DNA of 62,841 bases from Candidatus Avelusimicrobium gallicola. Its GTDB lineage: Bacteria; Elusimicrobiota; Elusimicrobia; Elusimicrobiales; UBA9959. Shown here piece by piece: positions 9,629 through 20,293 of this stretch (positions are counted from its first letter, which is position 1; every line of letters starts with the position of its first letter). The stretch is taken from contig DYLH01000007.1 of NCBI GenBank assembly GCA_020722185.1, positions 1 to 62,841 on the forward strand, written 5' to 3'. Made by a program: the position numbers and the translations under genes. Below the pieces are notes generated by a model. It saw only the letters and a program-made list of their open reading frames with translations, searched no databases and was not told where the DNA came from.

Positions 9629-10900
9629 TTATTGCCTTCTTGATAGAATTTTTGACCCTATGTCCTTTCTAAAATGTTTTCCTGCAAATTTTATCTCTTC
9701 AGCTTTTTTATAAGCCTTTTCAATAGCCTCGCTCAAACTGGCACCCACAGCTGAAACACTTAAGACTCTGCCACCAGCCGTTATATACCTGCCATTCTCA
9801 TACTTTGTGCCAGCATGAAATATTTCAACCTCTCCTCTTGTTTCCAGTCCACTTATTTCATCTCCTTTTCTTGGATTCTCTGGATAGCCCTGCGCGGAAA
9901 GTACAATACAGGCGCAAGCTCCATTTTTAAGACTCACCTGTTCTTTTTCAAGCTTTCCGCCACAAGCCGCATCATAAAACAATTGAGACATATCCTCATC
10001 CACAAGAGGCAATATGGCCTGAGTCTCTGGGTCGCCAAAGCGACAATTAAATTCCAGAACCTTAGGACCGTTCTTTGTCATCATAATACCAGCGTATATT
10101 GCGCCTCTATAATCTATTTTCTCTGTTACTATTCCAGTTATGAATCGCCACAATATCTCATTTTTTATTTCATCAAACATTTCGCTATCCATCTCAACAG
10201 GGCACACAGCGCCCATTCCACCAGTATTTGGCCCCTCATCTCCATCATTTAGCCTTTTATGATCCATGGAGATAGGCAACATTGTAAAGGTTTTCCCATC
10301 AACTATCGCCATAACAGAACATTCCCATCCTTCAAGAAATTCCTCTATTATGACCTTTGAGCCAGAAGCGCCAAATATTTTTTTTTCCATAAAATCTTCA
10401 ATAGCTTGAAAAGCCTCAGACTCATTTTTGCATATTCTTACCCCTTTGCCAGATGCAAGGCCATCCGCTTTTATGACTATAGGATAAGATTTTTTCTCCC
10501 TGAGATATTCTCTGGCATAGGAAGAATCGTATACTATCTTAAAATCGGCTGTAGGGATATAATGTCTATTCATAAACTCTTTGGCCACCTGTTTTGAGGC
10601 CTCAAGTACTGCGCCTCGCATACGAGGACCAAAGACCTTTACTCCATTTTTTTCCAAAAAATCAGAAATGCCGCGTGAGAGCGGTTCTTCTGGCCCTATC
10701 ACAACCAAATCCACATTTTCCTTTTTGCATAGCTCAGCTATTTTTTCAAAGTCAAGAGCGCCGATTTCAAGACTCTCAGCTATTTCTGAAATAGCTTTAG
10801 AATATGGCAGTTGAAAAAGCTTTTTTATTTTTGGGCTTTGTTTTAGTTTCCAGCATATGACATGTTCTCTTGCGCCATTCCCTATAACCAAAATATTCAT
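9629..10900 (-). CDS. purD: Phosphoribosylamine--glycine ligase
   Basis: ILVIGNGAREH, IGPEEPL, KADGLASGKGV, GPNTGGMGA, EFNCRFGDPETQ; start refined to the ATG after GGAGG. Confidence 0.97.
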   Translation of the reverse strand: MNILVIGNGAREHVICWKLKQSPKIKKLFQLPYSKAISEIAESLEIGALDFEKIAELCKKENVDLVVIGPEEPLSRGISDFLEKNGVKVFGPRMRGAVLEASKQVAKEFMNRHYIPTADFKIVYDSSYAREYLREKKSYPIVIKADGLASGKGVRICKNESEAFQAIEDFMEKKIFGASGSKVIIEEFLEGWECSVMAIVDGKTFTMLPISMDHKRLNDGDEGPNTGGMGAVCPVEMDSEMFDEIKNEILWRFITGIVTEKIDYRGAIYAGIMMTKNGPKVLEFNCRFGDPETQAILPLVDEDMSQLFYDAACGGKLEKEQVSLKNGACACIVLSAQGYPENPRKGDEISGLETRGEVEIFHAGTKYENGRYITAGGRVLSVSAVGASLSEAIEKAYKKAEEIKFAGKHFRKDIGSKILSRRQ

Positions 10901-10948
10901 CATCCCTCCCAAATAAAATACATGTCTAAACCGTTTTCAAAAAATCTT

Positions 10949-12292
10949 CTAGTCCCTCTCAGGGTATTTCCCGTCAAAACATGCGCTACAGAAATTTCTA
11001 TCTGCATTTCCACAAACTTTTATAAGGCTTTCAAGCGACAAATAAAATAGACCGTCTGCTCCTATGAATTTCCTTATTTCATCAATTTTCTTAAATCTGA
11101 CAGCTATCAATTCTTCTTTTTTGGGAGTATCTATTCCATAAAAGCATGGAGAAATAATGGCGGGCGAAGCTATGGCCATTATCACTTTTTTCGCGCCAGC
11201 ATCTTTTAAACTTCTCACTATTTTTTTGGAAGTTGTCCCTCTCACAAGTGAATCATCTATAAGCAATATTTTTTTCCCCATTATGACATCTTTTATAGGC
11301 GCCAATTTTAAGTGGGCTGTGAACTCCCTCATTTTCTGGTCTGGCTGAATAAAAGACCTGCCGGCATAGTGATTTCGCATAAAGACTGGTTGATACACTA
11401 TTCCTGAGGCAGCTGAAAATCCCAAAGCATAAGCAGTGCCAGAATCAGGCACCCCAGACACTATATCGGCGTCAAAGCGTTCAATTTCCTTAGCAAGAAT
11501 CCTTCCTATTTCGTATCTTGCCTTTTGAACTGTTTGACCACAAATAACAGAATCTGGTCTGGCAAAATAAACTTGTTCAAATATGCACCTAGATATTTTT
11601 GTAGGTTTAGCAAATTGAGTAAATTTTATTTTTCCACTGTTCACAATAGCCATTTCCCCGGGCTCAATCTCAAACTCTATTTTTGCCCCTATAACTTCAA
11701 GCGCGCATGTTTCAGAAGAAAATACCCATGAATCTCCAAGTTTGCCTACTACAAGAGGCCTGAAACCATGTGGATCTCTCGCCGCTATTATTTTATCTTT
11801 TGTCAGAAAAAGAAATGAGTAAGCGCCCTTAAGCAAGGGGAGCTTTTCAGCTATGGCCTTATCCAAATTTTTCTGATGGCTTCGGCTGATTAAATGTATT
11901 ATGACTTCGCTGTCAGTGTCTGATTGAAAAATTGCGCCATCTTCAACAAGTTCTCTTCTAAGCTTTTGCGCGTTTACTATATTTCCATTGTGAGCCACAG
12001 CTATTTCGCCATATTTGCAATTGAAGTAAAGTGGTTGCGCATTATTCACACTACTTGAGCCGGCTGTCGAATACCTGACATGACCAATAGCGCTTTCACT
12101 TGAAATAGATGAAAGTATTTCAGGAGTAAAAATATCATTTACAAGCCCCATAGAATTGTAATACACCAGCCGCCCTTTTTTAACTCCGGCTATGCCAGCT
12201 GACTCCTGTCCCCTATGTTGCAAAGCAAAAAGTCCCAGATAAGAGAGTCGCGCGCTTTCCCTATTGTTTGCAACAGCGAAAATTCCGCACAT
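10949..12292 (-). CDS. purF: Amidophosphoribosyltransferase
   Basis: MCGIF N-terminal nucleophile, LQHRGQESAG, IGHVRYST, PRT motif IDDSLVRGTT, Fe-S cysteines. Confidence 0.98.
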   Translation of the reverse strand: MCGIFAVANNRESARLSYLGLFALQHRGQESAGIAGVKKGRLVYYNSMGLVNDIFTPEILSSISSESAIGHVRYSTAGSSSVNNAQPLYFNCKYGEIAVAHNGNIVNAQKLRRELVEDGAIFQSDTDSEVIIHLISRSHQKNLDKAIAEKLPLLKGAYSFLFLTKDKIIAARDPHGFRPLVVGKLGDSWVFSSETCALEVIGAKIEFEIEPGEMAIVNSGKIKFTQFAKPTKISRCIFEQVYFARPDSVICGQTVQKARYEIGRILAKEIERFDADIVSGVPDSGTAYALGFSAASGIVYQPVFMRNHYAGRSFIQPDQKMREFTAHLKLAPIKDVIMGKKILLIDDSLVRGTTSKKIVRSLKDAGAKKVIMAIASPAIISPCFYGIDTPKKEELIAVRFKKIDEIRKFIGADGLFYLSLESLIKVCGNADRNFCSACFDGKYPERD

Positions 12293-12319
12293 AATTCCTC
12301 CATAAAAATTCTTTAGAAA

Positions 12320-13027
12320 CTAAAATCTATAATTTGCGCCAAATGAAGCAAACCAACCTTCAAGAGCATATTTTACAGAACCTTCTTTTCTTGTTCCATT
12401 GATATAAAGCACTCCGAAACTTAAATCTCAAGTGGAGAAATCAATACTATTTTTATCTATCGCTGGCGTATCAAAAGCATACCCCAAAAGCGATGAAAAA
12501 GATTCATCCACAAATCTTTCAAGACCTAATCTAAATTTAAGCAATGTAGGCCAATCAAAAATATTTGGCTGACTTGTCAGATATACACTAGGATTTTTCA
12601 CAGTTATCTTATTTGAAAAGCCATTCCACCATGTCTGAGAAAAATCTGCGCTCAATTTAATTTTTTTATTCGGCTTATATAAAGCTCCTATGGTGGATGT
12701 AGGCGACTGCTTAACTTTGAAAGTTATGTCTGATTTTTCGAACATTACTCCGTTAACATAGGACTTGGCATCACATTCTATCTCAATCTTTGAACCAGTT
12801 CTAAAAACTGTCGCCACGCTCCATCTTTCATTGAAAGTATATTTCAATCCTGCCACTCCTTCAAAGACTAGGACATTTCCAGATATTTCTGTTTTCAGAT
12901 CATAAGCAGATGGGACATCTGGATGCAGAGCATTAACTCCAAGTTTTGTTTCTCCGCCAAGCAACCCACTGAGTATATTTAATCCACATCTAAATGACTT
13001 CAGATATTTTTTAAATATCCACCACAT
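12320..13027 (-). pseudogene. Remnant of a FadL/OmpP1-type outer-membrane beta-barrel gene
   Basis: No signal peptide; amphipathic beta strands (FRLGLERF, GYAFDTPA). The in-frame TGA at 12428-12430 is followed in the same frame by 35 codons ending ...GWFASFGANYRF* (TAG 12320-12322), a C-terminal beta-signal. Confidence 0.75.
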
Positions 13028-13072
13028 TAGAGTGGCCTCATGAAAAGAATATTTTTAAGTATAAAACATTGA

Positions 13073-13807
13073 TTATTTTACATAATCCACAGCATTTTTA
13101 AAAAAAGTATAGCCAACTGAAAGAAAATCTTTTAACTTTTTAGTTCCACTTTGAACAGAAAAAAAAGTTCTTTCAGGATGTGGCATCAAGCCAAGCAAAT
13201 TGCCGCGGCTATTGCATATTCCAGCAACATCCGCTATGGATCCATTTGGATTTTCCACATAAATCAAGGCATTTAAATTATTTTCAATAAGATCTTTAAG
13301 AGCATCCTCATCTGAAGGCACAAATTTTCCCTCGCCATGGGCTATTGGCAATTCAAACACATCGGGCAAACCTTTAGTGAATATACACGGACTTTTTTTA
13401 TTTATTCTGACTTTTACCCACTTGCATATAAAATGCCCTGCATCGTTTAAAAAAAGCGTAGCATTTCTTTTATAGTTTTTATCTTCTGGCAAAAATCCAG
13501 TTTTTACCAGAACCTGAAAGCCATTGCATATGCCTATGACGGGTTTCCCTGATTTAATGAATTTCTCAAAATTTTTTTTAAGTTTTACTATCTTTATAGC
13601 AAAAATTTTTCCGGCAGAAATATCATCCCCATAAGAAAATCCACCGGGCAAAGCCAGAATATCATAATCTTCAACATTTACATTTCCTTTTAATAATTCA
13701 TTTATATGAGCTATCTCAGCCTTAGCGCCACAATATCTAAATGCCGAAGCTGTTTCTAGATCGCAATTGGTTCCAGCGCCCCTTAAAACAAGAGCTTTTG
13801 GCTTCAT
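13073..13807 (-). CDS. purQ: FGAM synthase glutamine amidotransferase subunit
   Basis: GTNCD, PGGFSYGD, GICNGFQ, AHGEG, MPHPER. Confidence 0.97.
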   Translation of the reverse strand: MKPKALVLRGAGTNCDLETASAFRYCGAKAEIAHINELLKGNVNVEDYDILALPGGFSYGDDISAGKIFAIKIVKLKKNFEKFIKSGKPVIGICNGFQVLVKTGFLPEDKNYKRNATLFLNDAGHFICKWVKVRINKKSPCIFTKGLPDVFELPIAHGEGKFVPSDEDALKDLIENNLNALIYVENPNGSIADVAGICNSRGNLLGLMPHPERTFFSVQSGTKKLKDFLSVGYTFFKNAVDYVK

Positions 13808-16167
13808 ATTTTTTCTCCAAGAGAGTTTTTCCAGATTCCAAGCAGTTTTTCAATATCAGCATTTATTACTTCTTTTCCACAATGCTTTACTCTAATAACT
13901 TCTTCATCTACGACCTTCCCTATTCTGGCAATATCAGCTCCAGACATCATCTTGAGAAAATCTTTCTCCTTTTCAGCGTCCACTTCGACAATTATCATAC
14001 CCGGTCCTTCAGAAAACAAAATTTCTTGAATATCCCCTCTCTCACAAGCACTGCCGCCCATATCCACTTCACATGAAAACTCATCGAAAGACATTTTGGC
14101 TAAAGCTGTGGCAAGCCCTCCTTTTGAGATGTCATGCGCCGCCAAAATATATCCTTTTTCAATAGCTTTAGAAAGAGCTTTGTAATTTCTAATATATTTT
14201 TTAGGTTGAGGTTCTGCAAGTTTATTGCTTTTACATGAAAACAATCTGGAGTATACAGAAGCGCCAAGACCAAGTGCAAACTCGCCGACAAGGTATATGG
14301 GCGAACATGCTCTTTTAAATTCGCATGTAATAGCCTTTCTAATATCTTTTACTGGAGCTATAGCTGATATCAAAAGAGAAAGATCTATACGATATTCCTT
14401 ACCATTTATACTTGATTGATTGTAAAAACTGTCCTTGCCAGATATAAAAGGTGATTCGTATAATAAGGCTGCATCGCGACATCCTATTGCCGCCGCGGCG
14501 AAAGCGCCCAAAACATACTTATCATTTGGATTGGCACAGCAAAAATTGTCCAGCAAAGCCGTCCTTGAAATATCCGCTCCCACGCACACAAGGGATCTAA
14601 TTGCCTCGTCTATGGCATAAAAAGCCATTTTATAGGTATCAATTTTTCCAGCAAAAGAAAATCCATGAGAAACAGCAAATCCTTCAAAATTATTTTTCTT
14701 TCCAGTAATGGGATATGGCCATATAACTATAGCATCTGAAGGAGTTTGTTTTTTAACTCCATTAAATGGTTTTACAACTATTCCACCCTGAACTTCGTGG
14801 TCGTACTGCCTTATCACATATTCTCTGGAACAGACATTGATATCAGAGAGAATTTTTTCAAGTTCTTTGTTATAATCGTATTTTGGAGTAGGCAATTTAT
14901 TTACTACCTTCTGGCTTTTATACACAGCTTTCTTTTCAAACTTTGGAAGCCCGCCATGTAAGAAAGACATGTCTAAATCTACAATCTTTTCATCTCCATA
15001 AAAAACTTTCAATTTTCTTGAACCGTCAAAAACTCCAAGCTCGCAAATAGGACATTCTTCAATAGAGCAAATTTCTCTCAATTTTCCAATTTTTGATGGC
15101 GGAACAGCCATTATCATTCTCTCCTGAGATTCGCTCACCCAGATCTCCCACGGCTTTATTGAATTGTCTTTCAGTATAGCTTTTTTAATATCGACATGAA
15201 CTCCCGTCTCTTCACCCAGCTCACCTATGGCCGAGGAAAATCCGCCGGCACCACAGTCAGTAATGGCATCATAAAGTCCAAGAGAACCTGCCTTCATTAT
15301 CACATCTAAAACTTTCTTCTCATTTACAGCATGGCCTATTTGAACAGCGCTAGAAGCGCTATTTTCATCTATATCAGCGGAAGAAAAAGTCGCGCCATGT
15401 ATCCCATCGCGTCCAGTTGGACCACCTATGGCAACTACAATATCCCCTTTTTTAACTTTCTTAAAAACTTTATCTTTTGGCATAATGCCGACGCATCCTA
15501 CATAGACGAGGGGATTAAAGGTATAGCTTTCATCAAAGTGTATACTTCCAGCAGCCGTAGGAATACCCATTCTATTGCCGTAATCTCTGACCCCCTCTAC
15601 CACGCCCTCAAAAATTTTTTCAGGAGTGAGAAATCCCGACGAAATTTTTTTATTCCTGAGAGGGCCAAAACAAAAATTATCAGTATTCAAAACAGGTTTA
15701 GCGCCAAGACCAACACCCAGAATATCTCTTATCACTCCGCCGACACCGGTCTCAGCGCCGCCATAGGGAGCTATAGCGCATGGATGATTGTGAGTCTCCG
15801 CCTTAAAAGCCAAAGCCCATGGCGAATTAGGTGATAATTCAATAATACCGGCATTGTCCTTAAATACAGAAAGGCACCATTTTTTATTGAGTTTCTTTGT
15901 GGCGGCAACTATGGTTTCCTTGAATAAATTTGAAAATTTGATTTTTTTCCCATTGTAATTAAGAGAGACTGGTCCAGAAAAAGTTTTATGTTTACAATGT
16001 TCAGACCATGTCTGCGCTATTGTCTCCATTTCTGCCCGTGTAGGATTGTGGCCAAGCTTGATAAAATAATCTCTCGCCTTTGTAAGTTCAGCCAAATTTA
16101 GTGACCAGCCAAATTTTTCATTTAGTTTAATGAGATCTTTATCTTGAGCTTTTATAAAATTTTCCAT
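13804..16167 (-). CDS. purL: FGAM synthase subunit PurL (small type, 787 aa)
   Basis: QTWSEHCKHK, ETHNHP, GGAETGVGGVIRD, DCGAGG, SESQERM, SGKDSFYN. Confidence 0.97.
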   Translation of the reverse strand: MENFIKAQDKDLIKLNEKFGWSLNLAELTKARDYFIKLGHNPTRAEMETIAQTWSEHCKHKTFSGPVSLNYNGKKIKFSNLFKETIVAATKKLNKKWCLSVFKDNAGIIELSPNSPWALAFKAETHNHPCAIAPYGGAETGVGGVIRDILGVGLGAKPVLNTDNFCFGPLRNKKISSGFLTPEKIFEGVVEGVRDYGNRMGIPTAAGSIHFDESYTFNPLVYVGCVGIMPKDKVFKKVKKGDIVVAIGGPTGRDGIHGATFSSADIDENSASSAVQIGHAVNEKKVLDVIMKAGSLGLYDAITDCGAGGFSSAIGELGEETGVHVDIKKAILKDNSIKPWEIWVSESQERMIMAVPPSKIGKLREICSIEECPICELGVFDGSRKLKVFYGDEKIVDLDMSFLHGGLPKFEKKAVYKSQKVVNKLPTPKYDYNKELEKILSDINVCSREYVIRQYDHEVQGGIVVKPFNGVKKQTPSDAIVIWPYPITGKKNNFEGFAVSHGFSFAGKIDTYKMAFYAIDEAIRSLVCVGADISRTALLDNFCCANPNDKYVLGAFAAAAIGCRDAALLYESPFISGKDSFYNQSSINGKEYRIDLSLLISAIAPVKDIRKAITCEFKRACSPIYLVGEFALGLGASVYSRLFSCKSNKLAEPQPKKYIRNYKALSKAIEKGYILAAHDISKGGLATALAKMSFDEFSCEVDMGGSACERGDIQEILFSEGPGMIIVEVDAEKEKDFLKMMSGADIARIGKVVDEEVIRVKHCGKEVINADIEKLLGIWKNSLGEKI

Positions 16168-16170
16168 ATC

Positions 16171-16611
16171 TCAATCTGCCTTTACCAAATGTATTAGCTC
16201 ATTTGCAAAACATTCTTTTATAGCTTTACAAGCATCTCTGGCATTAAGTCCAGCCAGATAAAAAGCCTGACCAGTTTTGACACTGATGGGTTTAGGGAAA
16301 CCTGCCAATTCAATCGCCTGACAGACACTTTGTGATAGCACATCTGTCACCCCTTCCTTGAAAAGCATTTCAACTCTTGTGTATCCGCTCAGTTTTCGTG
16401 GAGAATCGGCTGAGAATTCTTCAACTATAAAATCGCTCAACACATCGCCAGATATCTGAAAAATTTCCTCTCTTCTGTAATGCCCTTCAAGTATATATAG
16501 CTTGCTTTCTCTGGCAGATTTGAGATTCGGGTAGAAATGCGAAATTTTTTTAATCAATTTTTTTTCTTCATTCTTTGCAAATTTATCTTTTGTAAAAACT
16601 TCTATTTTCAT
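16171..16611 (-). CDS. purS: PurS-like protein with two tandem PurS-type domains
   Basis: Lies between purC and purL; 146 aa, about twice a PurS; two similar halves (SDFIVEEF / ANELIH; KEGVTD). Confidence 0.7.
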   Translation of the reverse strand: MKIEVFTKDKFAKNEEKKLIKKISHFYPNLKSARESKLYILEGHYRREEIFQISGDVLSDFIVEEFSADSPRKLSGYTRVEMLFKEGVTDVLSQSVCQAIELAGFPKPISVKTGQAFYLAGLNARDACKAIKECFANELIHLVKAD

Positions 16612-17471
16612 AGCAATATTTTTTTTTCTATTTTATTGTACAACTCCACTGTTTTTTCAATAATATCTTTTGGCAATGCGGGCGGAGGCGGAGTTTTAAG
16701 ATCCCAGCCGCTTTTCATAAGCCAATTGCGAACAAATTGTTTATCATAGCTCTCAGGGCTTTTGCCGCAAGTCAAAGATTGAGCATTCCAAAATCTAGAT
16801 GAATCTGGCGTAAAAGCTTCATCTATGAGTATTAACTCATCATCGAGCAAACCAAATTCAAGTTTTGTATCAGCCAATATTATCCCTCTTTCCAAAAGAT
16901 AATTGTGGGCAAATTCATAAAGCTCAATTGATTTTTCCATTATTTTTTCTGCCAAGCTATCTCCGATAGTATTGGACATAAAATTAAAGGACACATTTTC
17001 ATCATGAGCTTTATCTGCCTTTGTGCTTGGAGTAAAAATAGGTTGTGGAAGTTTCTGAGATTCTTTAAGTCTACCCGGCAGTTTTATGCCACAAATAGAA
17101 CCGTTCTTTACATATTCTTTCCAACCGCTTCCGGTTATATATCCTCGAACTATGCATTCAAAATTGACTCTCTTTGCCCTAGCCGCCAAAATAGACCTGC
17201 CATCCAAATATTGAGGCAAATCAACACCTGAAATTTTTTTTATCTCCTCAAAATCACTGCTTATCAAGTGATTCTTAATTATATGTTTTGTCTTTTCAAA
17301 CCAAAAAAGACTTATACGATTGAGAGCCAATCCTTTTCCCGGTATTTCATTTGGCAAGACAAAATCAAAAGCGGATATTCTATCTGTGGCGCAAATAATC
17401 AATTTATCCTCACCAAGAAAATAAACATCCCTCACCTTGCCTTTGTATAATTTTAACTTTTCAATTTCCAC
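16608..17471 (-). CDS. purC: SAICAR synthetase
   Basis: YKGKVRDVY, TDRISAFD, ECIVRGYITGSGW, LADTKLEFG, TPDSSRFW, DKQFVR. Confidence 0.97.
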   Translation of the reverse strand: MEIEKLKLYKGKVRDVYFLGEDKLIICATDRISAFDFVLPNEIPGKGLALNRISLFWFEKTKHIIKNHLISSDFEEIKKISGVDLPQYLDGRSILAARAKRVNFECIVRGYITGSGWKEYVKNGSICGIKLPGRLKESQKLPQPIFTPSTKADKAHDENVSFNFMSNTIGDSLAEKIMEKSIELYEFAHNYLLERGIILADTKLEFGLLDDELILIDEAFTPDSSRFWNAQSLTCGKSPESYDKQFVRNWLMKSGWDLKTPPPPALPKDIIEKTVELYNKIEKKILL

Positions 17472-17481
17472 AATATAACTC

Positions 17482-19011
17482 CTATTCCCACTCTATAGTT
17501 GCCGGGGGCTTTGAGGTAATATCATAGACCACCCTATTTATTCCTTTAACCTCGCTTATAATGCGAGATGAAATCCTTGCAAGGAGACTATGGTCTAGTT
17601 TGGACCAATCAGCTGTCATCCCGTCGACGCTATCAACACAACGCAAGGCAAGGGCATTCTCATAGCTTCTCTCATCTCCCATAACGCCCACAGACTTTAC
17701 GGGCAAAAGCACGCAAAAAGCCTGCCATATTTTATAGTAAACTTTGGCATTAGATATTTCTTCTCTCATTATAAAATCTGCCTTTCTGAGAATATCTAAT
17801 CTATCACCTGTGACCTCGCCTATTATTCTTATTGCAAGACCCGGACCTGGAAATGGATGCTGGAAAAGTATTTCATCTGACAAGTGCAATTTCTTGCCTA
17901 TTTCCCGCACTTCATCTTTGAATAAAAATTTAAACGGCTCTATCAGCCTAAACCCTAATTTTTCAGGTAGTCCGCCTACATTGTGATGACTTTTTATAAC
18001 AGCTGATGGACCCTTAACTGAAACAGATTCTATGATATCTGGATAAAGAGTGCCCTGCAAAAGATATTTAGCGCCTTTTATTTTTTTAGCCTCTTTTTGA
18101 AAAACTTCTATAAAAGTAGCGCCTATTATCTTTCTTTTCTTTTCAGGATCTTCCACACCTTTTAATCTCCTTAAAAATACTGAGCTCGCATCCACGATTT
18201 TTATATTGAATTTGAATTTTTTCTTGAAAATATCTTCAATTCTCTCTTTGTCTTTTGCGCGTAAAAGACCTGTGTCCACAAAAACACAATTTAATTTTTT
18301 ACCTATGGCTTTATGCGCTAAAACAGCCGCTACAGAACTATCAACTCCTCCTGAAAGCGCGCATATAACCTTCTCATCCTCAACTAGATTTTTAATCTCT
18401 TTTATAGAGCTTTTTATAAAGTCTTCACTGTCAAAAAAATCTTTTATGCCACAAATTTCTCTGGCAAAATTATCCAAAATTTTTATGCCATTTTCGCTGT
18501 GATATACTTCAGGATGAAATTGCAAGGCATACATCTTTCTCTCTCTATTTTCCATTGCCGCTATCAAGCCATTTTCAGTTCTGGCTGAAACAGAAAAACC
18601 TTTGGGGACAGATTTAACCTCATCGCCATGACTCATCCAGACAGTGAATTTTTTTTCAATCCCCGAGAAAAGAAGTCCGCCAGAAACAGTAATTCTAGTA
18701 AGGCCATATTCTCTCTTGACAGCTTTTTTTATTTCTCCGCCCATATCGTGGGCAATAAGTTGCATACCATAACATATTCCAAGTATTGGCAGTGGACATG
18801 TGGCAATATCAAAAGGAGAATAAGGAGCGTCCTTGATATACACGCTTTGAGGACCACCTGAAAAAATGACACCTTTGACATCTTCTTTTTTGATTTCTTC
18901 AAAAGGCGTATTAAAAGGCAATATCTCGCAATAGATCTTGAGATTTCTCAGTCTCCTCGCTATTAGCTGAGTGTATTGACTTCCAAAATCAAGTATCAAT
19001 ATTTTTTCCAT
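17482..19011 (-). CDS. guaA: GMP synthase (glutamine-hydrolysing)
   Basis: [53 protein letters not shown]; start refined to 19011. Confidence 0.98.
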   Translation of the reverse strand: MEKILILDFGSQYTQLIARRLRNLKIYCEILPFNTPFEEIKKEDVKGVIFSGGPQSVYIKDAPYSPFDIATCPLPILGICYGMQLIAHDMGGEIKKAVKREYGLTRITVSGGLLFSGIEKKFTVWMSHGDEVKSVPKGFSVSARTENGLIAAMENRERKMYALQFHPEVYHSENGIKILDNFAREICGIKDFFDSEDFIKSSIKEIKNLVEDEKVICALSGGVDSSVAAVLAHKAIGKKLNCVFVDTGLLRAKDKERIEDIFKKKFKFNIKIVDASSVFLRRLKGVEDPEKKRKIIGATFIEVFQKEAKKIKGAKYLLQGTLYPDIIESVSVKGPSAVIKSHHNVGGLPEKLGFRLIEPFKFLFKDEVREIGKKLHLSDEILFQHPFPGPGLAIRIIGEVTGDRLDILRKADFIMREEISNAKVYYKIWQAFCVLLPVKSVGVMGDERSYENALALRCVDSVDGMTADWSKLDHSLLARISSRIISEVKGINRVVYDITSKPPATIEWE

Positions 19012-19015
19012 GTTT

Positions 19016-20182
19016 TTATTTTTGTTTGCCCATTCCCACAACTTGAGCTTTCTGTAAAAGTTTGCCCTCAGTCTTTATGGAAGGAGCTATTATTATTGGG
19101 ACCATCTGCATTTCCTTTATATTATGCGCGCCCAAAGCTCCCATTGATGTTTTAAGAGCGCCAACAAGATTTTGAGTGCCGTCATCTGTGCGAGCAGGGC
19201 CAAAGAGTATTTCCTCTATGCTCCCAGTAGTCCCGACATGAACTCTTGTCCCTCTTGGAAGATTGGCATGTGGTGTGGCCATACCCCAGTGATATCCGCG
19301 ACCAGGAGCTTCCTTGGCTTTAGCAAAAGGAGACCCTATCATAACAGCGTCAGAGCCAGATGCTATAGCTTTGCAAACATCCCCACCGGTTATCATCCCA
19401 CCATCTGTGATTATGGGGACATATCTGCCTGTTTTCTTGAAATACACATCTCTGGCTGCGGCGCAATCCACTGTGGCTGAAACCTGTGGAACTCCTATCC
19501 CCAAAACACCACGGCTTGTGCATGCGGCTCCGGGACCAACACCTATCAAAAGCCCCGCAGCCCCCGTCTCTATAAGTTCAAGGCTTGCTCTGTAAGTCAC
19601 GCAGTTTCCAAGAACCACAGGGATCTTCATTTCTTTTACAAATTTATAAAGATCTAGAGATTTTTGTTTTGAGGACTCATACCTTACGGAAATTACCGTA
19701 GATTGTACAAAAAAGATATCTGCGCCGGCATCCCTCGCTATTGGACCAAATTTTCCCGCATTTTGCGGTATACAGCTGACTGCGCATGGGACCTTGTGCT
19801 TTTTAATCTCTTCCACCCTTTTAGCTATTAGATGCGGCTTTATAGGTTCCTTGTAGATTTTTTGAAAAATTTCAGTCGATTCTTCCGGCTTGCAATTTAC
19901 CAATTTCTCCACTGCTTCCTGAGGATTTTCATAACGGCTATTTATTCCATCAAGATTTAGCACGGCAAGTCCGCCAAGTTTATTCATGGCTACAGCAAAA
20001 TCGACATTTACCACTCCGTCCATAGCCGAAGCTAAAAAAGGTATTTTCAATTTTATTCCGCCAAGATCCATTGATGTGTCTGTATCTTCAGGATCTATGG
20101 TAAGGCTGCCAGGCACTAGGGCTACATCATCAAAACCATAAGTCTGTCTCGCTTCTCTATTTCTACCTATATAGTGCGCCAT
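19016..20182 (-). CDS. guaB3: GuaB3-family IMP dehydrogenase (no CBS domains)
   Basis: [17 protein letters not shown], catalytic [18 protein letters not shown]; 388 aa without a CBS insert. Confidence 0.88.
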   Translation of the reverse strand: MAHYIGRNREARQTYGFDDVALVPGSLTIDPEDTDTSMDLGGIKLKIPFLASAMDGVVNVDFAVAMNKLGGLAVLNLDGINSRYENPQEAVEKLVNCKPEESTEIFQKIYKEPIKPHLIAKRVEEIKKHKVPCAVSCIPQNAGKFGPIARDAGADIFFVQSTVISVRYESSKQKSLDLYKFVKEMKIPVVLGNCVTYRASLELIETGAAGLLIGVGPGAACTSRGVLGIGVPQVSATVDCAAARDVYFKKTGRYVPIITDGGMITGGDVCKAIASGSDAVMIGSPFAKAKEAPGRGYHWGMATPHANLPRGTRVHVGTTGSIEEILFGPARTDDGTQNLVGALKTSMGALGAHNIKEMQMVPIIIAPSIKTEGKLLQKAQVVGMGKQK

Positions 20183-20198
20183 ATTTCCTCCTTTGAAT

Positions 20199-20241
20199 AA
20201 AAGAAAAAAGCCCGCTGAAAGAGTTTTTTTTTTCAGCGAGC
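20199..20241 (-). terminator. Intrinsic terminator inside the 5' leader of guaB3 (attenuator candidate)
   Basis: Minus strand GCTCGCTGAAA-10nt-TTTCAGCGGGC (11 bp, one G-U) followed by TTTTTTCTTTT; ends about 16 nt before the guaB3 ATG. Confidence 0.8.
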
Positions 20242-20293
20242 TGAGAATCCCAGTCTACACCAGATTCTTAAATCTTTGCAAATCTTTGATAAA

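Noticed and set aside
12428-12430. In-frame TGA in the FadL-like gene as selenocysteine or alternative genetic code
   Set aside because: TGA is used as a normal stop elsewhere (e.g. pilT, pstC), Trp is encoded by TGG, there is no convincing SECIS, and the gene is also 5'-truncated; a pseudogene is simpler.
20244-20268. PyrR binding loop or purine riboswitch in the guaB3 leader
   Set aside because: Lacks ARUCCNGNGAGGYU and the purine-aptamer junction and loop sequences; kept as an unknown element instead.
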